Shown in pieces: positions 16,666-26,563 of a stretch of DNA of 42,935 bases (the first letter of the stretch is position 1; every line of letters begins with the position of its first letter). The notes beneath the pieces are model-generated. The model did no database searches. It had not been told where the DNA came from and saw only the letters and a list, made by a program, of their open reading frames with translations. Made by a program: the position numbers and the translations under genes. This DNA comes from Geobacter sp. (GTDB taxonomy: Bacteria > Myxococcota_A > UBA9160 > JADFDR01), in contig JADFDR010000001.1 in NCBI GenBank assembly GCA_018262735.1, positions 1 to 42,935 of the forward strand, read 5' to 3'.

Positions 16666-17613
16666 CTACCAACCGCGATTGGCGAGGCGTTCGTGCTCGG
16701 CAAGCGTCTTCATTTCGATGCCTTCCATCGCACGACCAAGGCCACGGCAGGCTTTCAACACTTCGCCGGGATCTTGCCAATGCGTGGTCGCATGCACGAC
16801 GGCGCGAGCACGCGTTTCGGGATCTTCGCTCTTGAAAATTCCCGAGCCGACGAAAACTGCTTCAGCGCCGAGCGCCATACACAACGCAGCGTCAGGCGGC
16901 GTCGCAATGCCACCAGCCGCAAAATTCGGCACCGGCAAGCGACCGTGTGCAGCCACAAAACGTACGAGATCGATCGGCGCGCGAAGCTCCTTGGCGCGCG
17001 ATGCAAGTTCTTCCGGACGCAGCGTCGTGAGCGCACGAATTTCGCCCACCACCGAGCGCAAGTGCCGCACCGCCTCGACGATGTTGCCGCTGCCCGCTTC
17101 ACCCTTGGTGCGAATCATCGCCGCGCCTTCGCCAATACGACGCAAGGCTTCGCCGAGATCCGTCGCGCCGCAGACGAAAGGAGTTTTGAAATCGTTCTTG
17201 TCGACGTGATACGCCTCGTCGGCGGGCGTGAGCACTTCGCTTTCGTCGATGAAATCGACACCGAGACTTTCGAGCACGCGCGCTTCGAGAAAGTGGCCAA
17301 TGCGCACCTTCGCCATCACCGGAATCGACACCGAATCTTGAATGCCCGCGATCACTTCGATCGAACACATTCTTGCGACACCGCCATCGCGTCGTATATC
17401 CGACGGAACGCGCTCAAGCGCCATCACCGCGGACGCACCCGCCTGCTCGGCGATCTTCGCTTGCTCGGGCGTGGTCACGTCCATGATCACGCCGCCCTTG
17501 AGCATTTCCGCAAGCCCGACTTTGATCTCGAACGCCTGCGCCGAAGTGCGCGCGCCGTCACTGCCTTTGGCTTTTTCCACAGCGGTTTGCGTTGCATTTT
17601 TTGTCTTCGTCAT
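16666..17613 (-). CDS. pdxS: pyridoxal 5'-phosphate synthase, lyase subunit PdxS
   Basis: [51 protein letters not shown] and [19 protein letters not shown] Shine-Dalgarno lies upstream. Confidence 0.95.
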   Translation of the reverse strand: MTKTKNATQTAVEKAKGSDGARTSAQAFEIKVGLAEMLKGGVIMDVTTPEQAKIAEQAGASAVMALERVPSDIRRDGGVARMCSIEVIAGIQDSVSIPVMAKVRIGHFLEARVLESLGVDFIDESEVLTPADEAYHVDKNDFKTPFVCGATDLGEALRRIGEGAAMIRTKGEAGSGNIVEAVRHLRSVVGEIRALTTLRPEELASRAKELRAPIDLVRFVAAHGRLPVPNFAAGGIATPPDAALCMALGAEAVFVGSGIFKSEDPETRARAVVHATTHWQDPGEVLKACRGLGRAMEGIEMKTLAEHERLANRGW

Positions 17614-18054
17614 CGTTCCTTCCTCCGCACGCTACTCTTTGCGTCGCACTTTTGTGTCTCGCTCCGACAGCGTGCTCAAAAACCGAATTTTCTCGCTTGC
17701 ATTCGCCCTTACCAAACTGCGCTCAGCGCCCTCAATCGCACTCGATGGCGTCCGACACAAAAATGCGAAAGTGCACGCTTGGCGTCTTGGCTCGTTCTGG
17801 CTTTGCTTTGCATTCCACACTGAACTTCGCCACGAACTTCACTGCAAATTTCAAAAGAAGCCTTCCCGCTCGCCCCTCGCAACACACGCATCCACGCTTT
17901 GCGTCGCGCAACACGATATGCGTCCAAACGCACGCGAAACTGCGCGGGAAAAGACGGTAGCTACCGAGCGAAACGGGGTCAATTCAAGGCCGGCCGCCAC
18001 CGGCTTGCATCGTGTGCAAGCGCAAACCCCAGACTTTGGGTACAGCAAACACAA

Positions 18055-18165
18055 GGGCCTCTGATTCATTCGTCCCACAACCGCAAATGGACTTTCTACC
18101 GACGAAAAACATCAGCCCTGGTTTGCGCGAAAGTTCTCACGAAAGAAAATGAATCCGAGGCTTCC
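18055..18165 (+). repeat. MITE/REP-like palindromic repeat element, copy 1
   Basis: gcctctgattcatt...ctttctaccgacgaaaaacatcagcc...aatgaatccgaggc. The terminal inverted repeats match at 13 of 14 positions. It starts 25 nt downstream of the nhaA stop and aligns by eye with the copies at 19838, 28996 and 29098. Confidence 0.7.
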
Positions 18166-18190
18166 AAGGCCAGACTCAACTCGCGGAGGC

Positions 18191-19588
18191 TTACGCCTCC
18201 TGCTTTTGCCTAGACAAAACAAGCCGCAGGACGAACAGACCCGCGATCGTCGCCACCACAGATCCGGCAAGAATTCCAATTTTCGAACCGGCCGCAAAAA
18301 CAGGCTCGTTGAATGCAAGCGCCGTTACGAAAAGTGCGACGGTAAAACCGACGCCGCCAAACACACTCACGCCGAACAAAGACAACCACGTTGCGTTTCG
18401 CGGTAGCGCGGCAAACCCGAGTTTCACCGCGAGGAAACTAAACAGCGTGATCCCAAGCGGCTTACCAAAGACAAGGCCGGTTCCTACGGCTACTGCGACC
18501 TTCATCGCATCCGCATTGCCAAGCACGTTTCCATCAATCTGCACGCCCGCGTTGGCCAGCGCAAAAATCGGCATCACGACGAAGGCAACCCAGGGATGAA
18601 GCAAGTTGGTCAAGAAATCGAGCGGCGAGATCACAGTGCGGCTCGCTCCTTGAATTTTACGCAGCGCCGCCAAGCGACGGTGTCCGCCATGATCCGCATC
18701 CTCGCCGTTTTGCAGCGTTTCACGCAACGATTCGAGTCCGTGCATCACGCGATTCATGACACTTTCTCGTGGCGCCTCGGTCCGGCTCGGCGTCAAAAAG
18801 CCAATGATGACGCCTGCCACAGTTGCGTGTATACCCGAACGCAACATGGCATACCAACAACAAGCGCCAAGCAGCGTGTACAGCAGATACGAACGGAAAC
18901 CCGCCTTGTTGCAAAACCAAATGACAAGCAACACGAAAGCCGCGCCAAGCAAAGCCAACGCCGAAATTTGACTGCTGTAAAACAACGCAATCACGAGCAC
19001 TGCGCCAAGATCGTCGGCAATGGCGAGCGCCAGCAGGAACACCTTCAGGCCCGACGGAACACGATCGCCGAGCACCGAGAGTGCTGCCACCGCAAACGCG
19101 ATATCCGTCGCCATGGGAATTCCCCAGCCATGCTGTGCCGGACCACCCGCGAGATACATCAAATAAATGAGTGCAGGACAAACCATTCCGCCGAGCGCAC
19201 CAAAAATCGGCAACATGGCTTTCTTGAAATCCGCAAGCTCGCCATACGCAAGTTCGCGTTTGATCTCCATACCAACGACAAAAAAGAAGATCGCCATCAA
19301 CGCATCGTTGACCCACGCTTCGAGCGTGAGCGAAACGACCGGAAACATTCCGCTCAGAACACCGGGCGCATCGTGACTCACACCGACGGTAAGCACCGTT
19401 GTCCAGAAGTGGTGATACGACTCGCCGAGCGCACCCGGAAGATTGGCCCAAACCAGGGCTGCGATGGAAACGAAGAGCAAGAGCAGTGCGCTCGAAATTT
19501 CGATCTGCGAAAACCGCACGAACGGTTCCGTCAAGCGATCGGCGAGTTTCAGCTCTTTCATCGTGTTGCGGGAATCCGTCGTGTGCAT
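18191..19588 (-). CDS. nhaA: Na+/H+ antiporter NhaA
   Basis: Polytopic membrane protein. The SSALLLLFVSIAALVWANLP N-terminus, the DDLGAV motif (AIADDLGAVLVIA) and FALANAGV are NhaA hallmarks. Start is uncertain: I prefer the ATG at 19588 (GGAGAG upstream) over 19561 or 19750. Confidence 0.85.
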   Translation of the reverse strand: MHTTDSRNTMKELKLADRLTEPFVRFSQIEISSALLLLFVSIAALVWANLPGALGESYHHFWTTVLTVGVSHDAPGVLSGMFPVVSLTLEAWVNDALMAIFFFVVGMEIKRELAYGELADFKKAMLPIFGALGGMVCPALIYLMYLAGGPAQHGWGIPMATDIAFAVAALSVLGDRVPSGLKVFLLALAIADDLGAVLVIALFYSSQISALALLGAAFVLLVIWFCNKAGFRSYLLYTLLGACCWYAMLRSGIHATVAGVIIGFLTPSRTEAPRESVMNRVMHGLESLRETLQNGEDADHGGHRRLAALRKIQGASRTVISPLDFLTNLLHPWVAFVVMPIFALANAGVQIDGNVLGNADAMKVAVAVGTGLVFGKPLGITLFSFLAVKLGFAALPRNATWLSLFGVSVFGGVGFTVALFVTALAFNEPVFAAGSKIGILAGSVVATIAGLFVLRLVLSRQKQEA

Positions 19589-19837
19589 CTCGTTGCTCTC
19601 TCCACTTCTCATTTCGTCTGCAATTTCAGCTTCAATTTTCAACAACGCCAAAAATTCGCGCGCTTGACTCGAGGCGTCGCAAACCACTCGGTGAAACAAA
19701 AATGTGAGCTTGCGCTCCGATTTCGTTTCGCCTTCGATTGCAGCACCCAAAACTTTGCAACCGACCCGGCGGTCAGGAGCGACAATTTAACACGCTCTTG
19801 CATGAGAAAAAGGAAGGCGCGACAAAATCGCTCCGGG

Positions 19838-19943
19838 GAGCCTCGGATTCATTTCGCTTCGCGAATGCGAATTGCATTTTCCACCGACGGAAAGCATCCA
19901 TCTGGCTTCAAAAAGCACTCGAAAAGCGGAATGGAGTAGAGGC
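19838..19943 (+). repeat. MITE/REP-like palindromic repeat element, copy 2
   Basis: gagcctcggattcatttcgcttcgcgaatgcgaattgcattttccaccgacggaaagcatcc...actcgaaaagcggaatggagtagaggc. It has the same orientation as copy 1. Its right end touches the pth stop codon (19943-19945). Confidence 0.7.
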
Positions 19944-20533
19944 TAGACTTTTGCTTTTGGATTGCGCTCAGCCGCGTTGTAGCGGGTCATCGCTGCTGCA
20001 ATCTCGCCGCGGATCACGAGTTCGAGCGCGTCGACGGCGTCGTCGATGCGGCTTGCGAGCTGTTCTTCTTCGACGCGCGAAAATTTTTGTAAAACGTAGT
20101 CGGACGTATTCATTTGCGCCGAGCGTCCGATGCCGAAGCGCAATCGCGGAAAATCTTTGCGACCAATTCGCGCGATGATGTCGGCAAGGCCTTTTTGGCC
20201 GCCGGCTCCGCCGGACTCCTTAATGCGAATCTGGCCCAATTCGAGATCGACATCGTCGGAGATCACGATCAAATCCTGCGCCGGATCTGCGACGGGCAAG
20301 AGCCGGAGTGCCGCCGCCACGGCTTTGCCGGAAAGATTCATATAGGTTTGCGGACAAAGCAGGCCAACGTCTTCGCCGGCGAAAGAACCGCGCCCAAAAA
20401 GCGAATCGAATTTGGGCGTTTGCAAACGAATGCCGCTGCGTTCACTCAAACGTCCGACGACGCGAAAGCCGATGTTGTGCCGGGTCGCAGCGTACTCTTT
20501 GCCTGGATTTCCGAGTCCAACGACGAGCTTCAC
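19943..20533 (-). CDS. pth: peptidyl-tRNA hydrolase
   Basis: MKLVVGLGNPGKEYAATRHNIGF, plus GGAGGQKGL in place of the usual GGHNGL motif. Confidence 0.95.
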   Translation of the reverse strand: MKLVVGLGNPGKEYAATRHNIGFRVVGRLSERSGIRLQTPKFDSLFGRGSFAGEDVGLLCPQTYMNLSGKAVAAALRLLPVADPAQDLIVISDDVDLELGQIRIKESGGAGGQKGLADIIARIGRKDFPRLRFGIGRSAQMNTSDYVLQKFSRVEEEQLASRIDDAVDALELVIRGEIAAAMTRYNAAERNPKAKV

Positions 20534-20613
20534 CGCAGCGCAACCTCATGCCGGAATCGAGGAGGTACCTCGAGCAACGCACGCGCAGGCGGGCTTTGCA
20601 CCCGCCACGCGCG

Positions 20614-21267
20614 CTACTTCCCCTTGGCTTCGGTCTTGGTTTCCGGCGTCGCTGCCGGCGCAGCCGCAGCCGCCGCAGCGGGCTGATCTTCGATCGCCGA
20701 GCGCGTGCTCGCCACCGTCGCCACCGTCACGTCAAGCGCGGTCACCGGCTTCACGCCGGCCGGGAATACGATGTCGCTCACATGCAACGACTGACCGACA
20801 CCAAGCTGTGACACGTCAAGATTGAAGTGCGACGGAATTTGCGTCGGCAAACAGCTCACTTCGATTTCACGACGCATATGATCGAGCACGCCGGAGTCGA
20901 GCGTCACGCCAACCGGAATGCCTTGAAGCTCGACGCGCACGTTCACCACCACCATCGCTTTGTCATCAATGCGATAGAAGTCGACGTGGATCACGGCTCC
21001 CGTCACCGGTTCGCGTTGCAGCGACTTCGTCATCACATGCGCGTTTTTCTCTTTGCCACCCTCGATCTTGAGATCGATCACGGTGTTGATGCCTTGCTCG
21101 CTCGTCGCAAGCAATTCCGTCAACACTTTCAGGTTTAGGGCAAGGCCAACGTTGCCTTTGCCGCTGCCGTACAAAACCGCCGGGATCTGGCCCTTCGCGC
21201 GAAGTTTGCGCGCAACGCCTTTGCCACTGTTTTCTCGATATTCCACCGTCAGAGTCCGGATGCTCAC
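20614..21267 (-). CDS. rplY: 50S ribosomal protein L25/general stress protein Ctc
   Basis: The GTG at 21267 is preceded by TTAGGAGAAG. RENSGKGVARKLRAKGQIPAVLYG is the L25 signature. A Ctc-type C-terminal domain and an Ala/Pro-rich tail follow. Confidence 0.9.
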   Translation of the reverse strand: MSIRTLTVEYRENSGKGVARKLRAKGQIPAVLYGSGKGNVGLALNLKVLTELLATSEQGINTVIDLKIEGGKEKNAHVMTKSLQREPVTGAVIHVDFYRIDDKAMVVVNVRVELQGIPVGVTLDSGVLDHMRREIEVSCLPTQIPSHFNLDVSQLGVGQSLHVSDIVFPAGVKPVTALDVTVATVASTRSAIEDQPAAAAAAAPAATPETKTEAKGK

Positions 21268-21281
21268 GACTCTTCTCCTAA

Positions 21282-22220
21282 CTATACGAAGAGAGAACTT
21301 ACGCTCTCTTCGTTGTTGATTCGCCGAATCGCTTCGCCGAGGAGTTCGGCGGTCGACACGACGTGCAATTTTGAACACGCTTCTGCCTCGGCGCGGAGCG
21401 GGATCGTATCGGTGACGATCACTTCGCGCAGGGGCGATTCTTCGATGCGCTTGATCGCCGGCCCCGAAAGTACCGGGTGCGTCAGCGCCGCATACACAGA
21501 TTTTGCGCCGGCATTTATTAGCGCATTTGCGGCTTCTGTCAGGGTCCCTGCGGTATCAACCATGTCATCGACGATCACGCAGGTCGATTCACGCACGTCT
21601 CCGATGATGTGCATCACTTCCGAGACATTGGCTCGCTCGCGACGTTTGTCGATGATCGCAAGCCGTGCCCCGAGGCGCTTGGCGTAGCTACGAGCGCGCT
21701 CCACACCTCCGGCGTCCGGCGAAATGATCGTCACATCACCCGGCACGCGCATACGAATTGCCTGAAGCAAAACCGGCATCGCATACAAATTATCGACGGG
21801 AATATTGAAAAAACCCTGGATCTGCCCGGCGTGCAAGTCAACGCAAAGCACGCGATCCGCACCGGCTGTCGAAATGAGATCTGCCACCAACTTTGCGGTA
21901 ATCGGCATTCGCGGGCGAGCTTTGCGATCCTGGCGGGCATACCCGTAATAAGGAATCACCGACGTCACACGCCGTGCCGACGATCGCCGCAACGCATCTT
22001 GGATCACAAGCAATTCCATCAAGTGATTGTTCGACGGCGAACAAGTGGACTGAATCACGAAGCAATCCATGCCGCGCACGTTCTCTTCGATCTCGACGCT
22101 GACTTCTCCGTCGGAAAATTGGCCGACCTGCGCTTTGCCCACCTCCATTTTGAGATAAGCGCAAATTGCACTTGCAAGCGGTTTGTTCGAGTTGCCGGCG
22201 AAGATCTTCATATCTTTCAT
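21282..22220 (-). CDS. prs: ribose-phosphate pyrophosphokinase
   Basis: [37 protein letters not shown] and [11 protein letters not shown]. Confidence 0.95.
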   Translation of the reverse strand: MKDMKIFAGNSNKPLASAICAYLKMEVGKAQVGQFSDGEVSVEIEENVRGMDCFVIQSTCSPSNNHLMELLVIQDALRRSSARRVTSVIPYYGYARQDRKARPRMPITAKLVADLISTAGADRVLCVDLHAGQIQGFFNIPVDNLYAMPVLLQAIRMRVPGDVTIISPDAGGVERARSYAKRLGARLAIIDKRRERANVSEVMHIIGDVRESTCVIVDDMVDTAGTLTEAANALINAGAKSVYAALTHPVLSGPAIKRIEESPLREVIVTDTIPLRAEAEACSKLHVVSTAELLGEAIRRINNEESVSSLFV

Positions 22221-22278
22221 GCATTGTCCTGCGGTTCGGGTTTCGGTTTCGCCTGAGATTGTCGCAGATGGAGAGCGC

Positions 22279-22349
22279 TTGGGGAGGGAGGAATCGAACC
22301 TCCATTCTCGGATTCAAAGTCCGGTGTCCTGCCGTTAGACGACTCCCCA
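22279..22349 (-). tRNA. tRNA-Gln (anticodon TTG)
   Basis: The reverse strand reads TGGGGAG TC GTCT AACGGCA GGAC A CCGGA CTTTGAA TCCGA GAAT GGAGG TTCGATT CCTCC CTCCCCA A. The 7-bp acceptor stem has the U1-A72 pair typical of tRNA-Gln. The T-loop is TTCGATT, and the anticodon loop CT-TTG-AA has one C-A mismatch at the stem base. CCA is not encoded. Confidence 0.85.
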
Positions 22350-22471
22350 GCAAACTCAAGCAAAGCTTATCCACTTGCCAAAACATACAGCGTGCTTCGC
22401 ATCTCACTCGGTCTGCGCGGCATACCGTGGCACGCACAAAACCGCGAAACACACTCCCTCTCGTCCGACAC

Positions 22472-23569
22472 TCACGCGAGACCGTGCGGGCGAGTCGTTG
22501 CAACTTCGAGCCAAAGCTCGGAAAACCTCAAAGCCCGCGAAGCAGCACACTCCGAACTCGCCAGGCTTTCGCGCAATCGGTGCTGCGCTTCGTGCGCGGC
22601 ACTTTCCGTTTCAAAAATGCCGTACACCGTCGGACCGCTTCCGCTCAGGCCCACTGCACTCGCTCCGGCGTGTTCGAGACCTTCGCGAAGCCGAGTGACT
22701 GCCGCGCAGAGTGTCGCCGCCGCAGGCTCGAGATCGTTGCGCAGCAAAGTCGTCCAAAGCGACGTCGTGCTTGATTGAGTGATCTGCACTTCTTGTTTTT
22801 CTTGCCGTTTCAAACCGCTTTGCGTGCTGAAATCCGCCGCTTCCCTGCATGCGTTTTTCGTCGGTGTTTGCTGCGCAAGGCACCAAGCGTTTTCACGGAG
22901 CCCAAAAACCGCCCGCATCGTAGAACCTGCCTCGGACATCGTCAACGAGTTCGCATCGGCATCGTAGGCGCGGTACACCTCGGCCGTCGCAAGCGGCACG
23001 CCCGGATTTGCAAGAAGGAGCGTCCACTCGGGCAGCAAGTCGAGCGGCGCGATTTTTTCTCCAATGCCCGTGACGAGTGCAGGTCGCGGATCGAGGAAAA
23101 AAGGCAAATCTGCGCCAAGACCAAGCGCAAGTTTTGCAAGCTCTTCGCCGGAAAACGCGTCCGGGAAAATTGTGGCAAGGCCGCGCAAAACCGCTGCGGC
23201 ATCGCTTGAACCTCCACCAAGGCCAGCTGCCGCCGGAATTTTCTTCACCAACGTGAGCTGCAAATGCGCCGACACCTGCGCTGCGTCGAGAAATCTTTGT
23301 GCAGCCCGAAAGGCGAGATTGCGTGCATCGCGCGGCACCGCATCAACACATATTTGCGTATCTCGTGCGCGCAACACTTCCAGTTCGATTTGCGTTTTGC
23401 TCGCGGGAGCAACCTCGATCTCGAGTTCGTCTGCCAACGAGAGCGGCACGAACACGCTCTCGAGTTCGTGATATCCGTCGCTGCGGCGTCCCAAAATCTT
23501 GAGACCGAGATTGATTTTTGCCGGTGCACACAGGCGCAAACTGCGCCGGGAAGACTCAGCCACGCGCAT
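22472..23569 (-). CDS. ispE: 4-diphosphocytidyl-2-C-methyl-D-erythritol kinase
   Basis: LCAPAKINLGLKILGRRSDGYHEL, KKIPAAAGLGGGSSDAAAVL and GLSGSGPTVYG. At 365 aa it is longer than the usual ~285-300 aa because of an internal insertion. Confidence 0.85.
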   Translation of the reverse strand: MRVAESSRRSLRLCAPAKINLGLKILGRRSDGYHELESVFVPLSLADELEIEVAPASKTQIELEVLRARDTQICVDAVPRDARNLAFRAAQRFLDAAQVSAHLQLTLVKKIPAAAGLGGGSSDAAAVLRGLATIFPDAFSGEELAKLALGLGADLPFFLDPRPALVTGIGEKIAPLDLLPEWTLLLANPGVPLATAEVYRAYDADANSLTMSEAGSTMRAVFGLRENAWCLAQQTPTKNACREAADFSTQSGLKRQEKQEVQITQSSTTSLWTTLLRNDLEPAAATLCAAVTRLREGLEHAGASAVGLSGSGPTVYGIFETESAAHEAQHRLRESLASSECAASRALRFSELWLEVATTRPHGLA

Positions 23570-25025
23570 CGTCCTTGATGACCACGAAACGCGTCTGCGG
23601 ACCGCGTCGCGTCAGGAACAAAACATTGCCGTTCTTTTCGTACGCTTCGAGGATCTTGAGATAATCCTTCGCCGTTTGCAGCGTCACGCGCTGGCCCGGC
23701 TCGCGCTCTCCGTACAAAAGCAAATCTCCGACGCGAAGCCCCGCCTGATCGGCAGGACTGCCTTTGTGTACCGCGACGACAACGAGGCCAGCTTCCCCCG
23801 AAAGCGAGAATTCACGACGCAAATCAGGAGTGCTCGGCAAGACCTGCAAGCCCAGGACGTCTTTGGGAATTTTGTCTTGCGGAATGCTCTCGTCGGGACG
23901 CACGCGCTCGGCAAGCGTCAGTTTGAAACTTACTTCTTCGCTGCCACGCCAAACCTTGGCCACGACCTCGCCGCCGGGAACCGACTGCGCGAGGGCACGA
24001 TGGAGCGCGCGTGACGACGTAATCTCACGACCGGCAAACGAAGTGAGCACATCTTCGGCGTGCAAGCCCGCTTGCTCCGCCGGACTGCCCGATACAGTGC
24101 CCGTAATCAAAACGCCGCGATCACGATCCATGCGCAAACTCTTGGCAAGATCGCTCGTCAAGTTCTGAACCTGAATTCCGGCCCAACCGCGCGTGATGTA
24201 TCCCTTCGTGCTGAGATCGGGAAGAAAAGCGCGCACGAGATCGATGGGAACGGCAAACCCAATTTTGTGTCCCGAAGCAACGATCGCGGTATTGATACCA
24301 ACGACATTGCCACGCGTATCGACAAGCGGCCCTCCGCTACTCCCCGGATTCACGAGAGCGTCGGTTTGGATGAAATCGTCAAAGTCTCCGTAGTGAAGAT
24401 CGCGTTGCAAACCGCTCACGACACCGACGGAAAGCGAACCGTCGAGTCCAAAGGGGCTCCCGAACGCCACCACCTGTTCGCCAATCCGCAGTTCCGAGGA
24501 ATGTCCGAGTTTCAGATACGGCAGCGACTTGCCCTTCGGCACGCCCTGCAATTGCAACAAGGCAATGTCGAGCCCTTTGTCGCTCCCAAGCACGCGCGCC
24601 GCAAAGACGCGCCCGTCGGAGAGCTTCACGCGAAGTTCCGAAAAATCCGCAACCACATGTTCCGAGGTCAGCACCAGGCCGCGTGCACTCACGAGAAACC
24701 CTGAGCCGCCTCCCATCTCTTCGCGATTCGGATCGAACTCTTCGAGCGAATCGTCAAACAATCCCTCGACGTCGGAAACCTGCGGCAAAACGCTTACGAC
24801 GCTCGGCAGCGAGCGTTCACCGAGGGTGACGTAGATGTCTCCGGGCAACGAGTCGCGCAGAGGATTGCCCGAACCCACAACGTACAGGCTCGACGCATCT
24901 TCCCAGAAGCGCTCGGATTTTCCAGCGCGTGCCTCCTTTTTTTCTTCGGCCAAGCCCGGCACCGCCGAAGACAAAACCAACAGGCTCAAAACGCCAAACA
25001 CGAGCTGGGCACGCAACCTCGACAT
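23556..25025 (-). CDS. htrA: periplasmic serine endoprotease, HtrA/DegP/DegQ family (trypsin domain + 2 PDZ domains)
   Basis: Signal peptide MSRLRAQLVFGVLSLLVLSSAVPGLA. Catalytic-triad contexts: LTSEHVV, DIALLQL and NPGSSGGPLV. Two PDZ-like segments are present. The ATG at 25025 shares one base with the upstream stop (TGATG). Confidence 0.9.
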   Translation of the reverse strand: MSRLRAQLVFGVLSLLVLSSAVPGLAEEKKEARAGKSERFWEDASSLYVVGSGNPLRDSLPGDIYVTLGERSLPSVVSVLPQVSDVEGLFDDSLEEFDPNREEMGGGSGFLVSARGLVLTSEHVVADFSELRVKLSDGRVFAARVLGSDKGLDIALLQLQGVPKGKSLPYLKLGHSSELRIGEQVVAFGSPFGLDGSLSVGVVSGLQRDLHYGDFDDFIQTDALVNPGSSGGPLVDTRGNVVGINTAIVASGHKIGFAVPIDLVRAFLPDLSTKGYITRGWAGIQVQNLTSDLAKSLRMDRDRGVLITGTVSGSPAEQAGLHAEDVLTSFAGREITSSRALHRALAQSVPGGEVVAKVWRGSEEVSFKLTLAERVRPDESIPQDKIPKDVLGLQVLPSTPDLRREFSLSGEAGLVVVAVHKGSPADQAGLRVGDLLLYGEREPGQRVTLQTAKDYLKILEAYEKNGNVLFLTRRGPQTRFVVIKDDARG

Positions 25026-25414
25026 CAACTCTCCTTGACCACTTTCATGCGTAGTTCATAAATCAAACTGTTTAGAAGATTCGCCTCGGCGGGCTCCAGA
25101 TTTCCGACGGTCTTTTCCTGGAGTAACTCCAAAGTGTCAATCGTCTGTCGCACGAGTACGAGATTTTTTTCGCCGGTTTTTCCAGTCGTTGGATCTGCGA
25201 GTTCTCCCAAATGGTAAAGCGCCGAGGTCGAGAGCGAGAGCACGAAGGTCGAAAAATCGACTTTCAACAATTCCGACTTTGTTTTTCCGTCGGTCGCTTT
25301 GACAGTTTTGGCTGAATCGGACACGAATCGACTCCTCGTAGCAACGCTGCTTTTGAACACCGAAAAAAGTTTCTTCTTCCCTAGATCGTCGCGGTGCAGT
25401 GCAAAATCGCCCAT
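25025..25414 (-). CDS. DUF1844 domain-containing protein
   Basis: DFSTFVLSLSTSALYHLGE...DPTTGKTGEKNLVLVRQTIDTLELLQEKTVGNLEPAEANLL matches my memory of the DUF1844 consensus. Confidence 0.6.
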   Translation of the reverse strand: MGDFALHRDDLGKKKLFSVFKSSVATRSRFVSDSAKTVKATDGKTKSELLKVDFSTFVLSLSTSALYHLGELADPTTGKTGEKNLVLVRQTIDTLELLQEKTVGNLEPAEANLLNSLIYELRMKVVKES

Positions 25415-25521
25415 GGCGCGACGCTCTCTCGCAACCCAATCGCAACCTCCGACGCATTGCGATTCGTTTCCTACACATCATCGCGTAATGCAACACAGAA
25501 CTGCTACGCATCGACACAAAT

Positions 25522-26187
25522 TCACGTAGTGCTTGAATCCGCGCCTCGAACCGCTGCGTCCGGCGACGCAGATGCCGCCTTGCGATCCAAAAAATCAAGT
25601 TGACGTTTGGCCAGAATCAAGCGCTGAGCGACCGTGATAGTACCGCAAACTGCGAGAACCCCGAGTGCGATCGCGAGACTATCGACACGCCCGACAAACG
25701 GCTCCGCAATCGCTCCGAGTGCAAGCACCATGACCCGTTCGCCACGCTCGAAAAAACCCGCTTTGAACTCGGCGAGAAATGCCTCGGCGCGCGCCTTCGT
25801 GTACGAAGTCAATAAGCCCATCACGAGTGCGTAGGAAGCAAGTAGCGCCAAAGCGAGGCGGTCGCTGCATGCGTAGTGGAGCGCGAGTCCCAGAAAAAAC
25901 AAAAGATCCGCCAAGCGATCGAGCGTCGAATCGAGCAACGCTCCAAAACGCGTCGCAAGACCAAAGTGGCGGGCCACGGCACCGTCTGCGAGATCGAAGA
26001 AGCCGCTCGCGAGTACGAGCAAACCCGCTACGAAAAAAGCGCCGTTGAAAAAGGCGAAGGCTGCACCGACGGAAAAAACGCTGCCACACAGCGTCAGCCA
26101 GTTCGGCGCGATGGGGCGCCAGAACAAAAAGGGGCAAAGCGTCCGAAAGGCGCTTTCCGTCTGTCGTGAAAATTTTTCCTTGAGCAC
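25522..26187 (-). CDS. CDP-alcohol phosphatidyltransferase family protein
   Basis: The family motif D-G-x2-A-R-x8-G-x3-D-x3-D is present (DLADGAVARHFGLATRFGALLDSTLDRLAD). The protein is a multi-helix membrane protein. Confidence 0.8.
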   Translation of the reverse strand: MLKEKFSRQTESAFRTLCPFLFWRPIAPNWLTLCGSVFSVGAAFAFFNGAFFVAGLLVLASGFFDLADGAVARHFGLATRFGALLDSTLDRLADLLFFLGLALHYACSDRLALALLASYALVMGLLTSYTKARAEAFLAEFKAGFFERGERVMVLALGAIAEPFVGRVDSLAIALGVLAVCGTITVAQRLILAKRQLDFLDRKAASASPDAAVRGADSSTT

Positions 26188-26374
26188 GGCCCGCCTCCAG
26201 CGCGACCAACTCGAACTTCGCAGGCTCCGCGAACCTCACGTCGGAGCAGAACACCAACGCAATCCACGTCCGCACGGCGCGATCGCGCGCAAACGCACAA
26301 GGCAACCTCGGCGAAACGCTTGCCTTGCGGATTGATCCGTCTCTTCGCCGCTCGCCTCGCTCAGCACGCGACCA

Positions 26375-26563
26375 CTAGGACGGATCTGTGCTTTCTACCG
26401 CACCACTCGCATCCCCCTCGATCACGTCTTCTTCCGCGGCGCATTTGTGCGACACGTCCGGCAAGGCTTCGAGTTGCGCAGAAAGCTCTTCGCTTTCCAT
26501 CCAACCATTGCGTCGATAAAGGCGCTTGTCTTCACGAAGGCGTTTCGCAGCGTCACTCAACAT
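26375..26563 (-). CDS. hypothetical small protein (62 aa)
   Basis: Internal Met of ORF 26375..26905. AAAAGAGGAGAACGACG precedes the ATG. The product is MLSDAAKRLREDKRLYRRNGWMESEELSAQLEALPD.... I recognise no family. Confidence 0.4.
   Translation of the reverse strand: MLSDAAKRLREDKRLYRRNGWMESEELSAQLEALPDVSHKCAAEEDVIEGDASGAVESTDPS

Noticed and set aside
17614-18054. Possible structured RNA gene in the 440-nt spacer upstream of pdxS, including the hairpin GCTTGCA-tcgtg-TGCAAGC at about 18003-18021
   Set aside because: I found no tRNA T-loop, tmRNA, RNase P or SRP signature by eye, and the hairpin lacks a U-tract on either strand. This cannot be decided without Rfam/Infernal and RNA-seq, so no feature is called.
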